Below, piece by piece: positions 1 to 9,066 of a stretch of 64,000 nucleotides of DNA (its first letter is position 1; each line of letters begins with the position of its first letter). The translations under genes were made by a program, and so were the position numbers. The stretch is from positions 27,287 to 91,286 of IMG/VR virus record IMGVR_UViG_3300032246_001892. One strand, written 5' to 3'. This DNA comes from a virus. The notes beneath the pieces are model-generated. The model saw only the letters and a list, made by a program, of their open reading frames with translations, was not told where the DNA came from and did not search any database.

Positions 1-3
1 CCT

Positions 4-273
4 ATGAGGTCTATGAATAGAAAGCATTTAAATCAAGTTCCTTATTCGAAGGGTCAACAAGCCAATGACCCAATGGTAGATAGAATTGTAAAGAATAATA
101 AGTTTGGCAAGTGGCCTAATGTTGGTACATCTACAGGTTTAAGGTTAGCTAAAACATATCATATAACCCATACACCTGATAAAGCCTATTCAAAATCTCT
201 TAATAGAACTGGTATAACTTTAAGTTACAATCCTCAGACTAAGAAATTTAGTTTAGAGAGGTTAAAAAAATAA
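4..273 (+). CDS. hypothetical protein (may be 5'-truncated by the window edge)
   Basis: 89-aa ORF ending 1 nt before the neck gene; no recognisable motif. Confidence 0.5.
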   Translation: MRSMNRKHLNQVPYSKGQQANDPMVDRIVKNNKFGKWPNVGTSTGLRLAKTYHITHTPDKAYSKSLNRTGITLSYNPQTKKFSLERLKK

Positions 274-274
274 T

Positions 275-904
275 ATGGAAACTTTAAGATTTTTAAATAA
301 ACAAGTCAATCTAAACGAAAGACAAAATTTTAATGGTTGGTGGAAAGAACAAATTAGTATTAATGGACAAGAAATTGCTTATTATGCAAATACTACAACA
401 TTATCTGGTTCAAGTTTTCTTTACGGTGAAGATACGGGAGCAGGTTTTCAATCACCACAGAATTTAATTGTATTATTAAATCTTAATAATGAATCTATAT
501 TGCTATCTAAATTTGGTATTATAGCAGATAGCGATCTTTCAGGTGTTATACACTATGAACATTATACAGAGGTCTATGGATTATCATCTGAGCCAAAAGC
601 CGGTGATGTTATGTCTTTAACAGAATTTGGTTCAGACCGTTTAAATTATCCTCGCAGAGGTCCTAATAGCTTTCAAATTACAGAAGTCATTGATGAATTT
701 CAAGGCAATCCTTTAGGAGGTCACTATGTCTGGTTTTTCAAGGCTAAGAGATATGATTATAGCTTTGAGACTAATGGACCAGGTGCTGGTGTCGGTAATA
801 CTGCTCTAGATGATAATGCAGCTGCCGATGCCGCTGGTATTAAAAACTTTGATTATCTTTTAGACAATCCTTGTAGTGATACCAGCGTATACGGCGGTTA
901 TTAA
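275..904 (+). CDS. neck/head-closure protein (T4 gp14-like)
   Basis: Motifs LSKFGI, EPKAGD, FQITEV and FKAKRYDYSFE resemble gp14-family proteins; structural context. Confidence 0.65.
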   Translation: METLRFLNKQVNLNERQNFNGWWKEQISINGQEIAYYANTTTLSGSSFLYGEDTGAGFQSPQNLIVLLNLNNESILLSKFGIIADSDLSGVIHYEHYTEVYGLSSEPKAGDVMSLTEFGSDRLNYPRRGPNSFQITEVIDEFQGNPLGGHYVWFFKAKRYDYSFETNGPGAGVGNTALDDNAAADAAGIKNFDYLLDNPCSDTSVYGGY

Positions 905-1242
905 CCAATAACCTCAGCGTAAGATTCGTCTAAACTTTTAGCAGTATCTTCTGAATAACATACTTTAATTCTATACTGTTCTTCAAGAATTTTCATTAGA
1001 ATAATGTTCTCAGTAGACTCCATATATTTGTGAATAGCTAGAGGTTTAAACTCAACCTTCTCGATAGGTATTCCTCTCTCTTCTGCTTTATCAGCAATAA
1101 TATTAACTGCTTCATAAAGAGCAATCCAACGGGATAGAGTAGAAGCATCTTGATGAGTCTTATCCCACCAAGCCAATGGGCTTTGCATAGGTCCTAGATC
1201 AGAGGTAGGGTTCTTTTCTTTTTTACGTGTTTGTGTTGTCAT
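901..1242 (-). CDS. hypothetical protein
   Basis: 113-aa ORF in a tightly packed minus-strand run. Confidence 0.6.
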   Translation of the reverse strand: MTTQTRKKEKNPTSDLGPMQSPLAWWDKTHQDASTLSRWIALYEAVNIIADKAEERGIPIEKVEFKPLAIHKYMESTENIILMKILEEQYRIKVCYSEDTAKSLDESYAEVIG

Positions 1243-1246
1243 ATTA

Positions 1247-1678
1247 TTATCCTTCGATGATTGCTGGAGGAGTGGGAAGAGAAGGTTCTGATACTGTAAT
1301 AGGATCTGTAACTCTTGCCACCGTGAAATTCATTGTAACTACATTTTTACCACTGCAATGATCACATAAAAATTCTATGCGTTCATTTTGATCTGGTATA
1401 AAGGTAATCACATTAGGCTTTTGACAGAATGCACATAATAGAATACTAGAGAGTTGTTCTAGCTTGTCCAACTCTTTAAGTTTGGTCTTCTGTGCAAAGT
1501 AACTGTTAATGACGTAAGCCAAGAATGTAAACAGTATATACTGCACACAAACCGCTAATGTAAATGCTACTAGGAAACTATTTCCTGCTAATTTGGATGT
1601 TAACCCGATAACAGACGAGATAAACAGGACTATTAAAGTGGACTTGATAAATGACAATGTATTTTTATTAATCTTCAT
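1247..1678 (-). CDS. membrane protein with C-terminal zinc ribbon
   Basis: Two hydrophobic N-terminal segments, then CAFC...CDHC. Confidence 0.6.
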   Translation of the reverse strand: MKINKNTLSFIKSTLIVLFISSVIGLTSKLAGNSFLVAFTLAVCVQYILFTFLAYVINSYFAQKTKLKELDKLEQLSSILLCAFCQKPNVITFIPDQNERIEFLCDHCSGKNVVTMNFTVARVTDPITVSEPSLPTPPAIIEG

Positions 1679-1720
1679 AAGGAAGATATTGTATCAAAAT
1701 ACAGGGAACGTCAAGTTAAA

Positions 1721-2164
1721 TTATCCTTCGCCTGGTGATTGTGGGGGTAGGGGTCCTGCTAAGTCTGCAACTGATAAAAGTTTTTCGCCTATAGTTTTAA
1801 TATACTCAAGAGTTTTTTGTGTTACTTGAGTAAGGTGTTCTATTTGAATTTTCTGATTTTTTGAAATAGAAGGATTTTGATCAACACATGTTTTCATCTT
1901 GTTATGTGCAGCTACGAGATAAACAAAACTATCTCTTATATCATCCGATACTGTTTGAAGAGGCCAGGGAAGATCCGCAGTCTGATATGGCTGCGGTTCT
2001 GACGGAGGATATACTGGAGGTGCATTATGCTGATAGGGAAAATTATACCCGTCCTTAGTACTGAATCCGACAAAGTCTTTACGAGGCTCTTCGCTAGTTG
2101 CTCCATAATGAGCATTATTCCAAATATCGCCTACTGCCTCGCTTAATACTTTGTCCAAATTCAT
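1721..2164 (-). CDS. hypothetical protein
   Basis: 147-aa ORF, 1-nt gap to upstream gene. Confidence 0.6.
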   Translation of the reverse strand: MNLDKVLSEAVGDIWNNAHYGATSEEPRKDFVGFSTKDGYNFPYQHNAPPVYPPSEPQPYQTADLPWPLQTVSDDIRDSFVYLVAAHNKMKTCVDQNPSISKNQKIQIEHLTQVTQKTLEYIKTIGEKLLSVADLAGPLPPQSPGEG

Positions 2165-2165
2165 A

Positions 2166-2348
2166 TTAAGAAGGTCTTCCTTGTCTTACAAGATTACCAC
2201 ATCGACCACATTGCCAACGGATTGTCTTTTCTACTTTCTTGGATCTAGGATCCATACTTTCTGCCACTCTCCCTTGTACATGTGCACCACAAAAGGTACA
2301 TGCTATAGGAGTATTTGACAGAGTTTGATATTCTGGTTTATTGTTCAT
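2166..2348 (-). CDS. small zinc-ribbon protein
   Basis: CTFC...CGRC in 60 aa; TAAGTA/TAAATA motif upstream. Confidence 0.6.
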   Translation of the reverse strand: MNNKPEYQTLSNTPIACTFCGAHVQGRVAESMDPRSKKVEKTIRWQCGRCGNLVRQGRPS

Positions 2349-2359
2349 ATTAGATATAT

Positions 2360-3193
2360 TTACTTAGTTTCGCTTGGTTTCCAAGTGTTTTGATCATGTT
2401 TATGTTGGTCTTGGATATATAATTCTTTAAACTTGTGTGTAATGAACTTACAAAGTTCTGAACGAACAATATCTTCTTCGCCTAATTCCATACAGAATAT
2501 ACCTTGAGCCTTTGCTTCATCATTATTAAAAAGATTGTACACCTTATCAAAACCAGACTTTCCAAAAGGAAGATCACTTTGTTCAGGGTCACCACAAAGG
2601 AATACTTTAGAAAATTCTCCAATACGACTCATAATAGTATGAATCTCTCTTTTGGAGAAATTTTGAATTTCATCTGCACATACAAACTTTGCAGAGAAGT
2701 GGAGACCTCTTGCGAAGTTGATAGGACAAATAGTTAATCTGTTATCCTTCTCTAATCTGTCAAGAGTGGGTTTTGATAACAACTCTGAAAATTTATCATG
2801 GAAGGGGGTGAGATATACACCAAACTTTTCTGCTATGTCACCTGACAGGAATCCTAGTTTTGAATCTGAAGATTCAACTGCTGATCTAACCAATACTAAA
2901 TCAGAAATTCTTCTCATATTGAGAAGTGTTAATCCACAATACATTGCTAAGGTAGTTTTAGAGGTTCCTGCCGGACCCTTTAAAAACAATACTTTAGTGC
3001 CTTTGTCCAAAAACAGTTTAATGATTTGTTTTTGTTTATCTGTCCAAGGTAAATCCTTAACAGATAAATCAAAGGATATTTTATCCCTTTGAAAAACATA
3101 AGGTGAATTGTCTTCCGACTTTTTAGGGTCAGAAATATTGTTAGTGGAAACAAGTGGTTTCACTTGTTTTTTAACGCGGGGTTTTTTTCCCAT
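2360..3193 (-). CDS. phoH: PhoH-family ATPase
   Basis: GPAGTSKT Walker A, LGFLSGD, FARG, DEIQN, SRIGE, GDPEQSD, DIVRS. Confidence 0.93.
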   Translation of the reverse strand: MGKKPRVKKQVKPLVSTNNISDPKKSEDNSPYVFQRDKISFDLSVKDLPWTDKQKQIIKLFLDKGTKVLFLKGPAGTSKTTLAMYCGLTLLNMRRISDLVLVRSAVESSDSKLGFLSGDIAEKFGVYLTPFHDKFSELLSKPTLDRLEKDNRLTICPINFARGLHFSAKFVCADEIQNFSKREIHTIMSRIGEFSKVFLCGDPEQSDLPFGKSGFDKVYNLFNNDEAKAQGIFCMELGEEDIVRSELCKFITHKFKELYIQDQHKHDQNTWKPSETK

Positions 3194-3205
3194 ATGTAAT
3201 TGTAT

Positions 3206-3613
3206 TTAGACTACTGCCCCTGGAACTGTTGTAGGAATTTTAGGTGCTGTAGCATTTTGTGTTGGAGTTGAAGGGGTTACTGTGCTAGCAGGTGTTTTTG
3301 GTTCTTCTGCTGCTGCCGTTTCTGGTTTCTGAATAGGTACTCCAGCTTTAATTAATAAATCCATAGCTTTGGATTTGGTATTATCATCAAGGTCTGCAAA
3401 TTTAGAAGGAGTTTTGTCATTTAATATATCTGCCATTTTAACTAAGATATCATGATTAGCACCTGATTGTGTTCCAATTTTATTAAGTGTTGTGTTTAAT
3501 ATTGATTGAACATTTGCTGGTGATGATTTAATAGCATTTTGTACTAGTGATAAAGCCGGATTGCTTACAGCAACTTCAGCCTCTTTTAATATTTGATCGA
3601 ACTTTGACATCAC
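3206..3613 (-). CDS. hypothetical protein with Pro/Thr-rich tail
   Basis: 135-aa ORF preceded by TAAATA motif. Confidence 0.55.
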   Translation of the reverse strand: MMSKFDQILKEAEVAVSNPALSLVQNAIKSSPANVQSILNTTLNKIGTQSGANHDILVKMADILNDKTPSKFADLDDNTKSKAMDLLIKAGVPIQKPETAAAEEPKTPASTVTPSTPTQNATAPKIPTTVPGAVV

Positions 3614-3673
3614 TATTATTTACTATAATTCTTGTGTTTTTCAAAAAAAATATTAAAACGTGCCAAACAAAGG

Positions 3674-3680
3674 ATAAATA
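3674..3680 (+). promoter_or_regulatory. T4-type late promoter-like element (ATAAATA)
   Basis: ggATAAATA 15 nt before the sheath ATG; same motif before other structural genes; gp55 encoded in window. Confidence 0.65.
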
Positions 3681-3695
3681 ATCACATAAAATTAT

Positions 3696-5900
3696 ATGTC
3701 TACTTTAACCTTAGCATCACCCGGTGTACAAATTAATGAAGTCGATCTGAGTCTTTTAGCCAAGACTTCAGGTCAAACAAACGTTTTCGTTACAGGATTC
3801 GCCGATAAGGGCCCTACAGATGAAATCGTCAACGTCGGAAGCATTTCAGAATATGAAGATGTTTTTGGAACCCCTACCAACGCAGCTGAAAGATATCTTT
3901 ATCAATCTGCCCGCCAGGTATTAACTCAATCAAACGGCAATCTGTTAGTAACAAGAATGCCTTACGGTTCCGGTTCAGGTGCAGGTTTCTCAAATACATA
4001 TAGTGCATTGGTATATGGCATATCAGCAAACGCAGCCAATTACTCAGATGCAACTTCATATACAATCTTAGAGCCACAATCCATTCTTCTTTCAGAGGAC
4101 CAATACACATCCTTATTATCAAATGATGTTACATGGAGCACAGGTTTCAATAGTGCTTCTGCTAATATCACAGACGCGTCTGGTATCGGAAGAGCTGGTT
4201 TAGTTGTTGTCAATCCTTCAAAACTTTCTGTTAATAATCTTTTCGAAGGATATTATATTGGTATAGCGGATAATTCAAATAATAACCCAGCAACTGATTT
4301 CAATGCCATAACAGGTATTAAATCAGCTAACACAGTAGTAAACGGTTCTTATCAAACATTTGCAACTGTTCCACAATCAAGACTCAACTTCAGCTTGACT
4401 CAAGCTTATTCAGCTGCTGGAACAAGTATCTCAGAGGTAGTGGAGAAATTCCCAACCTCATATGATTTCGGTTCAAGTTCATTCAATGATTGCCTTACCC
4501 TTACAGTATTCAAGATTCGTTCTTCTATATATGCACAGGACACAATCGTATTGGATTATGTAACACAAGAAGGTTATACAGGTTCATTGTATTCTCTCAG
4601 AACACAAAACAACCCAAGTGGTGGAGCACCTGTTACATTCAATTTAGATGCAGTAGCTAATCAACGTTCTAATAACGTAAAGGTTATCACAAACCCGTAC
4701 ATAGCCAATACAGGTAACTGGATTGGATCTAATGGTGTGCCTCTCAAGACTGTAAGAGTCTCTAATGCAGCCAAGAATCTTTATTCAGAGGGTGTTTATA
4801 TCTCTGATACAAATGACGCCGCTAAGGACGTTGGTAACGTTCCACAAAAATTACAACGCATTTTAAATAATGTTGATGTTCTTGATGTTTCGTTAGACGT
4901 TACAGCAGAAGCCGGTTTAGGAACAATATGGGCAAGTGCCAAGGCTCGTTGGTCAGATCCTGTATATGGAAATAGTTCAACCGGACAACCTTATGTGTAT
5001 GATGAATCTTACACAATAGATCTTACAGGTCTTAAGAATCAAAGTACAGGATCAAGCGATTCAGTAGCTCTTAATTATAATTCAGTAGCATCCCAATTCG
5101 TTGCGTTTGCAGAACAGACTCGTAAAGATCATGTATTCTTAGCTGATCCGTTAAAGGGTATCTTTGTATCTGGTAAAGACATAAAGGTGTCTAAGGGTAC
5201 TGGATATGTGTTCTCTTCAGATGTATATTGGACCATCAAGAATCTTTACGCTTCTTCGATCTCAAGTTACACTGCAGTTTACGGCAACTGGCTTAAGATT
5301 AATGATACAGCATCAAACTCACAAGTATGGGTACCTGCTTCTGGATGGGCTGCAGCAGTCTTTGCACAAAGTGCACAGACATCATTCCCATGGTCAGCAC
5401 CTGCTGGCTTCAACAGAGGGGCTCTTACAAACGTTCTTGATTTGGCTATTAACCCAACTCAAAAGCAAAGAGATCTTCTCTACAGAATAAACATTAACCC
5501 AATTGCCTTCTTCCCTGGTGATGGATATGTGATATATGGACAAAAGACACTCTTCACAAAGCCTTCAGCTTTTGATAGAATCAATGTTCGTAGACTTTTC
5601 CTAACATTAGAAAAGAGTACACAGTCTCTCTTAAAGTACTTCGTGTTTGAACCAAATTCATTCACAACAAGAACTCGATTGGTGAACTCCCTCACACCTA
5701 TCTTTAATCAAGCCAAAAACAATAACGGCTTATATGATTATAAGATTGTTTGCGATGAGAGAAACAATACACCAGATGTAATTGATGCAAATCAATTGAA
5801 GGTTTCAATTTATATCCAACCCGTAAGAACCTCAGAATTCATTTTAGCCGACTTCATTGCTACGCAAACAGGAGTCAACTTTAGTGAGTTGATTGGTTAA
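3696..5900 (+). CDS. gp18: tail sheath protein (T4 gp18-like)
   Basis: SPGVQINEVDLS N-terminus; PWSAPAGFNRG, INPI, GQKTL, SAFDRINVRRLF, YFVFEPN. Confidence 0.95.
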   Translation: MSTLTLASPGVQINEVDLSLLAKTSGQTNVFVTGFADKGPTDEIVNVGSISEYEDVFGTPTNAAERYLYQSARQVLTQSNGNLLVTRMPYGSGSGAGFSNTYSALVYGISANAANYSDATSYTILEPQSILLSEDQYTSLLSNDVTWSTGFNSASANITDASGIGRAGLVVVNPSKLSVNNLFEGYYIGIADNSNNNPATDFNAITGIKSANTVVNGSYQTFATVPQSRLNFSLTQAYSAAGTSISEVVEKFPTSYDFGSSSFNDCLTLTVFKIRSSIYAQDTIVLDYVTQEGYTGSLYSLRTQNNPSGGAPVTFNLDAVANQRSNNVKVITNPYIANTGNWIGSNGVPLKTVRVSNAAKNLYSEGVYISDTNDAAKDVGNVPQKLQRILNNVDVLDVSLDVTAEAGLGTIWASAKARWSDPVYGNSSTGQPYVYDESYTIDLTGLKNQSTGSSDSVALNYNSVASQFVAFAEQTRKDHVFLADPLKGIFVSGKDIKVSKGTGYVFSSDVYWTIKNLYASSISSYTAVYGNWLKINDTASNSQVWVPASGWAAAVFAQSAQTSFPWSAPAGFNRGALTNVLDLAINPTQKQRDLLYRININPIAFFPGDGYVIYGQKTLFTKPSAFDRINVRRLFLTLEKSTQSLLKYFVFEPNSFTTRTRLVNSLTPIFNQAKNNNGLYDYKIVCDERNNTPDVIDANQLKVSIYIQPVRTSEFILADFIATQTGVNFSELIG

Positions 5901-5907
5901 TACAAGG

Positions 5908-5914
5908 ATAAATA
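5908..5914 (+). promoter_or_regulatory. late promoter-like element (ATAAATA)
   Basis: ggATAAATAtagtatATG. Confidence 0.65.
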
Positions 5915-5920
5915 TAGTAT

Positions 5921-6463
5921 ATGCCCAACTTATTCCAAAACCAAGACATTAATAATTTCTATCAGAATGCGTTCAATAGAGATTTCGCAAGAACAAATCT
6001 ATTCAGAATTCTGAATATTAATTCTGGAGCAACAAACATTAACTTTGATGAATCAGATTTAGTTTATGTTACTTCAACAACCTTACCTCAGCGTGCCATT
6101 AACAATGTACAGGTTCCTTTCATGGGAATGCAGTTCAATGTTCCTGGTACAGCCAACTATCCTAATAGTGCTGGTTGGAATGTAACATTCAGAATGCCTC
6201 AGGATCTTGGAATTAGAGCTAAGCTTGAAGCCTGGTCAAGAGGCACATTTGATGACCAGACAAGTACTGGAGCATATGAAGTTAAGAATCTCGGTACTGT
6301 AACTTTAGCCCTTATGGGTAAGAATGGTAATCCATTATCAATCTACACATTGGTAGGTGCTTATTGTACAAATATCGGTGATTACGCATTAGATATCACA
6401 CAGGCCGGTGAGATTGTCACACAGCCTGCTACTATCGCTTACCAATTCTGGGTAAACGAATAA
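5921..6463 (+). CDS. gp19: tail tube protein (T4 gp19-like)
   Basis: Directly after sheath; ARTNLF, LP...VPFMG...PG, W-x-VTF, AYQFW; 180 aa. Confidence 0.88.
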   Translation: MPNLFQNQDINNFYQNAFNRDFARTNLFRILNINSGATNINFDESDLVYVTSTTLPQRAINNVQVPFMGMQFNVPGTANYPNSAGWNVTFRMPQDLGIRAKLEAWSRGTFDDQTSTGAYEVKNLGTVTLALMGKNGNPLSIYTLVGAYCTNIGDYALDITQAGEIVTQPATIAYQFWVNE

Positions 6464-6498
6464 TAGACAAACTTTGAGTATCTAGATAAATATTCTAT

Positions 6499-7200
6499 AT
6501 GGCATCAAGTCCCTATAGGTTTTATCTAGATATTTTAAGTAATTGGTCTTCAACTATTGCTCTTGAGAGTCAATGGTTCATGTATTTTAATCTAGACTCC
6601 GTCAATGCTTTAAAAGGAGATTTAGGTAGTGCTGTAAGAAATTATGATTCTGGTAATTCAGCAGCTTGGTCGATCGGAAGTAATATAGTTAGTCAATTAA
6701 CTAAGACAGAGTATCAACTCACAACAGAAAGTTTAATAGGTTGTGTATTCGCAAGACAGATTACTCTGCCAGGTGAAACTATAGGAACTTCTAACGAAGG
6801 TGTTGATTATGCAGGTTATTTAGGACCTGCAACATCCTCTAATAGAGACACTTATAAAAAACTTTCAATAGTCTTTACAGAAACAAATGCTTCGTTCATA
6901 GATTTAATTTTAAGACCCTGGTCTATATTGGTTGGATACAATGGTTTAATAGCGAGGCAACCTGGATCGCCTAAAAATGTAAAGTGTGATTACGCAGATA
7001 TAGTCTTTTTAGCCAAGACCGGAGCCAATAGTCCAATGGCTAAACGTAAAATATTTAGATTCTATAATATTGTGCCTTCTATAGTTCCTGGCATGTCACA
7101 AACATACGCATCAGAAGGTATGATATATGGAGCAGTTGATTTTGCTTATGACTATTACAGTGTATTAGAAGCTGATTCTCCCACATTCGCCAATCAATAA
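6499..7200 (+). CDS. tail-tube-fold baseplate protein (gp54-like tube initiator)
   Basis: ITLPGE, IVFTETN, VDFAYDYY tube-fold motifs; ATAAATA at 6486-6492. Confidence 0.6.
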   Translation: MASSPYRFYLDILSNWSSTIALESQWFMYFNLDSVNALKGDLGSAVRNYDSGNSAAWSIGSNIVSQLTKTEYQLTTESLIGCVFARQITLPGETIGTSNEGVDYAGYLGPATSSNRDTYKKLSIVFTETNASFIDLILRPWSILVGYNGLIARQPGSPKNVKCDYADIVFLAKTGANSPMAKRKIFRFYNIVPSIVPGMSQTYASEGMIYGAVDFAYDYYSVLEADSPTFANQ

Positions 7201-7235
7201 TTGATTTAATCGATTATTAAACTAATATATTAGTA

Positions 7236-8198
7236 ATGTCTTATTATCTACATAATGTAGAAATGCCTTTTTGTGGTAAAAATATTTGTTTTAGAGAAAT
7301 AAAATCTAAAGAACAATTAGCTCTTGCCAAGGCTAACTTTTCAATTCCATCTGAGAATGGTGAACCTAAATTATACACCTCTTTCTTAAAGAAGATAATT
7401 TTTGATTGTGTTGAGAATAAAGAAGATTTAAAAGATTTGAATCTTATAGAGTATATATTATTTGCCACTAAATTAAGAATGGTTTCTTTCGGTTCTAGTT
7501 TGGAATTACAACTCAATCAAGAAAATGAAGAAAACGGGATTAAGACAGCTAAAATAGTACTGGATTTAAATTTCTTTTTGAGGAATTTGTATGATGCTTC
7601 TTCTAATTTATTATCCCATCGTATAGAGATGGAAGGGATGAATATATTACTATCTTGGCCAGATCAAGCGTCTGAAAATTATTTTCTTGGTTTGGGTTCT
7701 ATTAAATCCATTACAGAGTCCCTACCTTATTTTATAAAGTCTATAAAAATAAAAGATAATATTATAGACTTATGGTCTTTCTCTTTTGAAGAAAGAGAAG
7801 ATATATTCAATAATTTACCAATTTCAATTAGAGTAAAGGTACAAACAGAGTTATTAAAAGCTCTAGAACACCAAGCATCGTGTGATTTATTTGGTGTTAA
7901 ACAATTATCTGATTATAGGTTTAGTTTTTTTAATAAGACCTATGTAGAGATTTTAAGACTTTTTTTCACCTTTGATTTAAAGAGTATATATAGGGAATAT
8001 TATGTTCTAGGTACTAAAAAAATGGATTTAAATTTTGTTGATGAAATGACGACTACGGAGAGAAAGGTTTATCTATCCTATGTAGAGGAAGAGAGGGCAA
8101 GTAGAGAAACTCCTAATAATCAAAGTAATAATATACCGATAGGTGGTAATACTTTAGAAAGTTTAGCTCGTGAATTTGGTGATTCTATGCCTAATTAA
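7236..8198 (+). CDS. baseplate hub assembly protein (gp26-like, with gp51-like C-terminus)
   Basis: FREIKSKEQ...KLRMVSFG; C-terminal VDEMTTTERKVYL. Confidence 0.5.
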   Translation: MSYYLHNVEMPFCGKNICFREIKSKEQLALAKANFSIPSENGEPKLYTSFLKKIIFDCVENKEDLKDLNLIEYILFATKLRMVSFGSSLELQLNQENEENGIKTAKIVLDLNFFLRNLYDASSNLLSHRIEMEGMNILLSWPDQASENYFLGLGSIKSITESLPYFIKSIKIKDNIIDLWSFSFEEREDIFNNLPISIRVKVQTELLKALEHQASCDLFGVKQLSDYRFSFFNKTYVEILRLFFTFDLKSIYREYYVLGTKKMDLNFVDEMTTTERKVYLSYVEEERASRETPNNQSNNIPIGGNTLESLAREFGDSMPN

Positions 8199-8203
8199 AT
8201 TAT

Positions 8204-9031
8204 ATGTCAGAAGATACTACAGAAGTTAATCCCCCAGCTTTATCATTTAAAGATGCTCTTAATGCATTGGATACGGTTTCGAAAGATTCATTTATCAGCG
8301 AGGTCTGGATACCTTCTTTGAATAGAAGTGTTACTGTTAAAGAAATTAATGCTAGACAACAAAAGAATTTGTTAGAAGCAGCTATAGATTCTTCAGTTTA
8401 TAAGACCACCTTTTCAAAAGCTTTTTATGATATAATAATATCCAATATTTCAGAGCCTAGAGAAGTATTGGATTCATTAACTATTGCAGACAAGATTGCC
8501 ATTGCAGTTGCATTAAGATCACAAATTTCTCCTACTATTAAAGTAGAGTTTGAAGACAGTGATATCACAGAAGATATCTCATTAAAAACCATTACAGATA
8601 AAATCAAGCATTATGTTACACCACCAGAGGAATCTTTTGAGGTAGTTAAAAATGGTGTTTCTATTTCTGTAAATGTCATTCTACCTACTATTCATTCTGA
8701 GGTTCAATTTGATACTTTCTTATTAAAGAATAAGAAAAAGACTGATGATACAGAAGAAGTTAAGACCATTATTACAGATGCTTTCTTAGGAGAGACATCA
8801 AAGTATATAAAGAATGTATCTATCGACGGGGGAGATTTAAATTATTCATCCTTTTCAATTCATCAAAAAATTCAGTTTGTAGAAAAATTACCAGCTGCAG
8901 TTATACAAAAGATTCTTGATATTGTCGCTAAATGGAAGAAAGAATTGGAAGCCGTAATAACAATAAAGGCTTCAACTGGTGATTATACAAAATTATTAGA
9001 AGTTGATAGTTTATTGTTTTTAACTAATTGA
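8204..9031 (+). CDS. baseplate hub assembly protein (gp26-like paralog)
   Basis: WIPSL...VKEINARQQK, LTIADK...LRSQI. Confidence 0.5.
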   Translation: MSEDTTEVNPPALSFKDALNALDTVSKDSFISEVWIPSLNRSVTVKEINARQQKNLLEAAIDSSVYKTTFSKAFYDIIISNISEPREVLDSLTIADKIAIAVALRSQISPTIKVEFEDSDITEDISLKTITDKIKHYVTPPEESFEVVKNGVSISVNVILPTIHSEVQFDTFLLKNKKKTDDTEEVKTIITDAFLGETSKYIKNVSIDGGDLNYSSFSIHQKIQFVEKLPAAVIQKILDIVAKWKKELEAVITIKASTGDYTKLLEVDSLLFLTN

Positions 9032-9066
9032 GGTTAGGTTTCGGCTATAGAGTCTAAGTATTCTAT

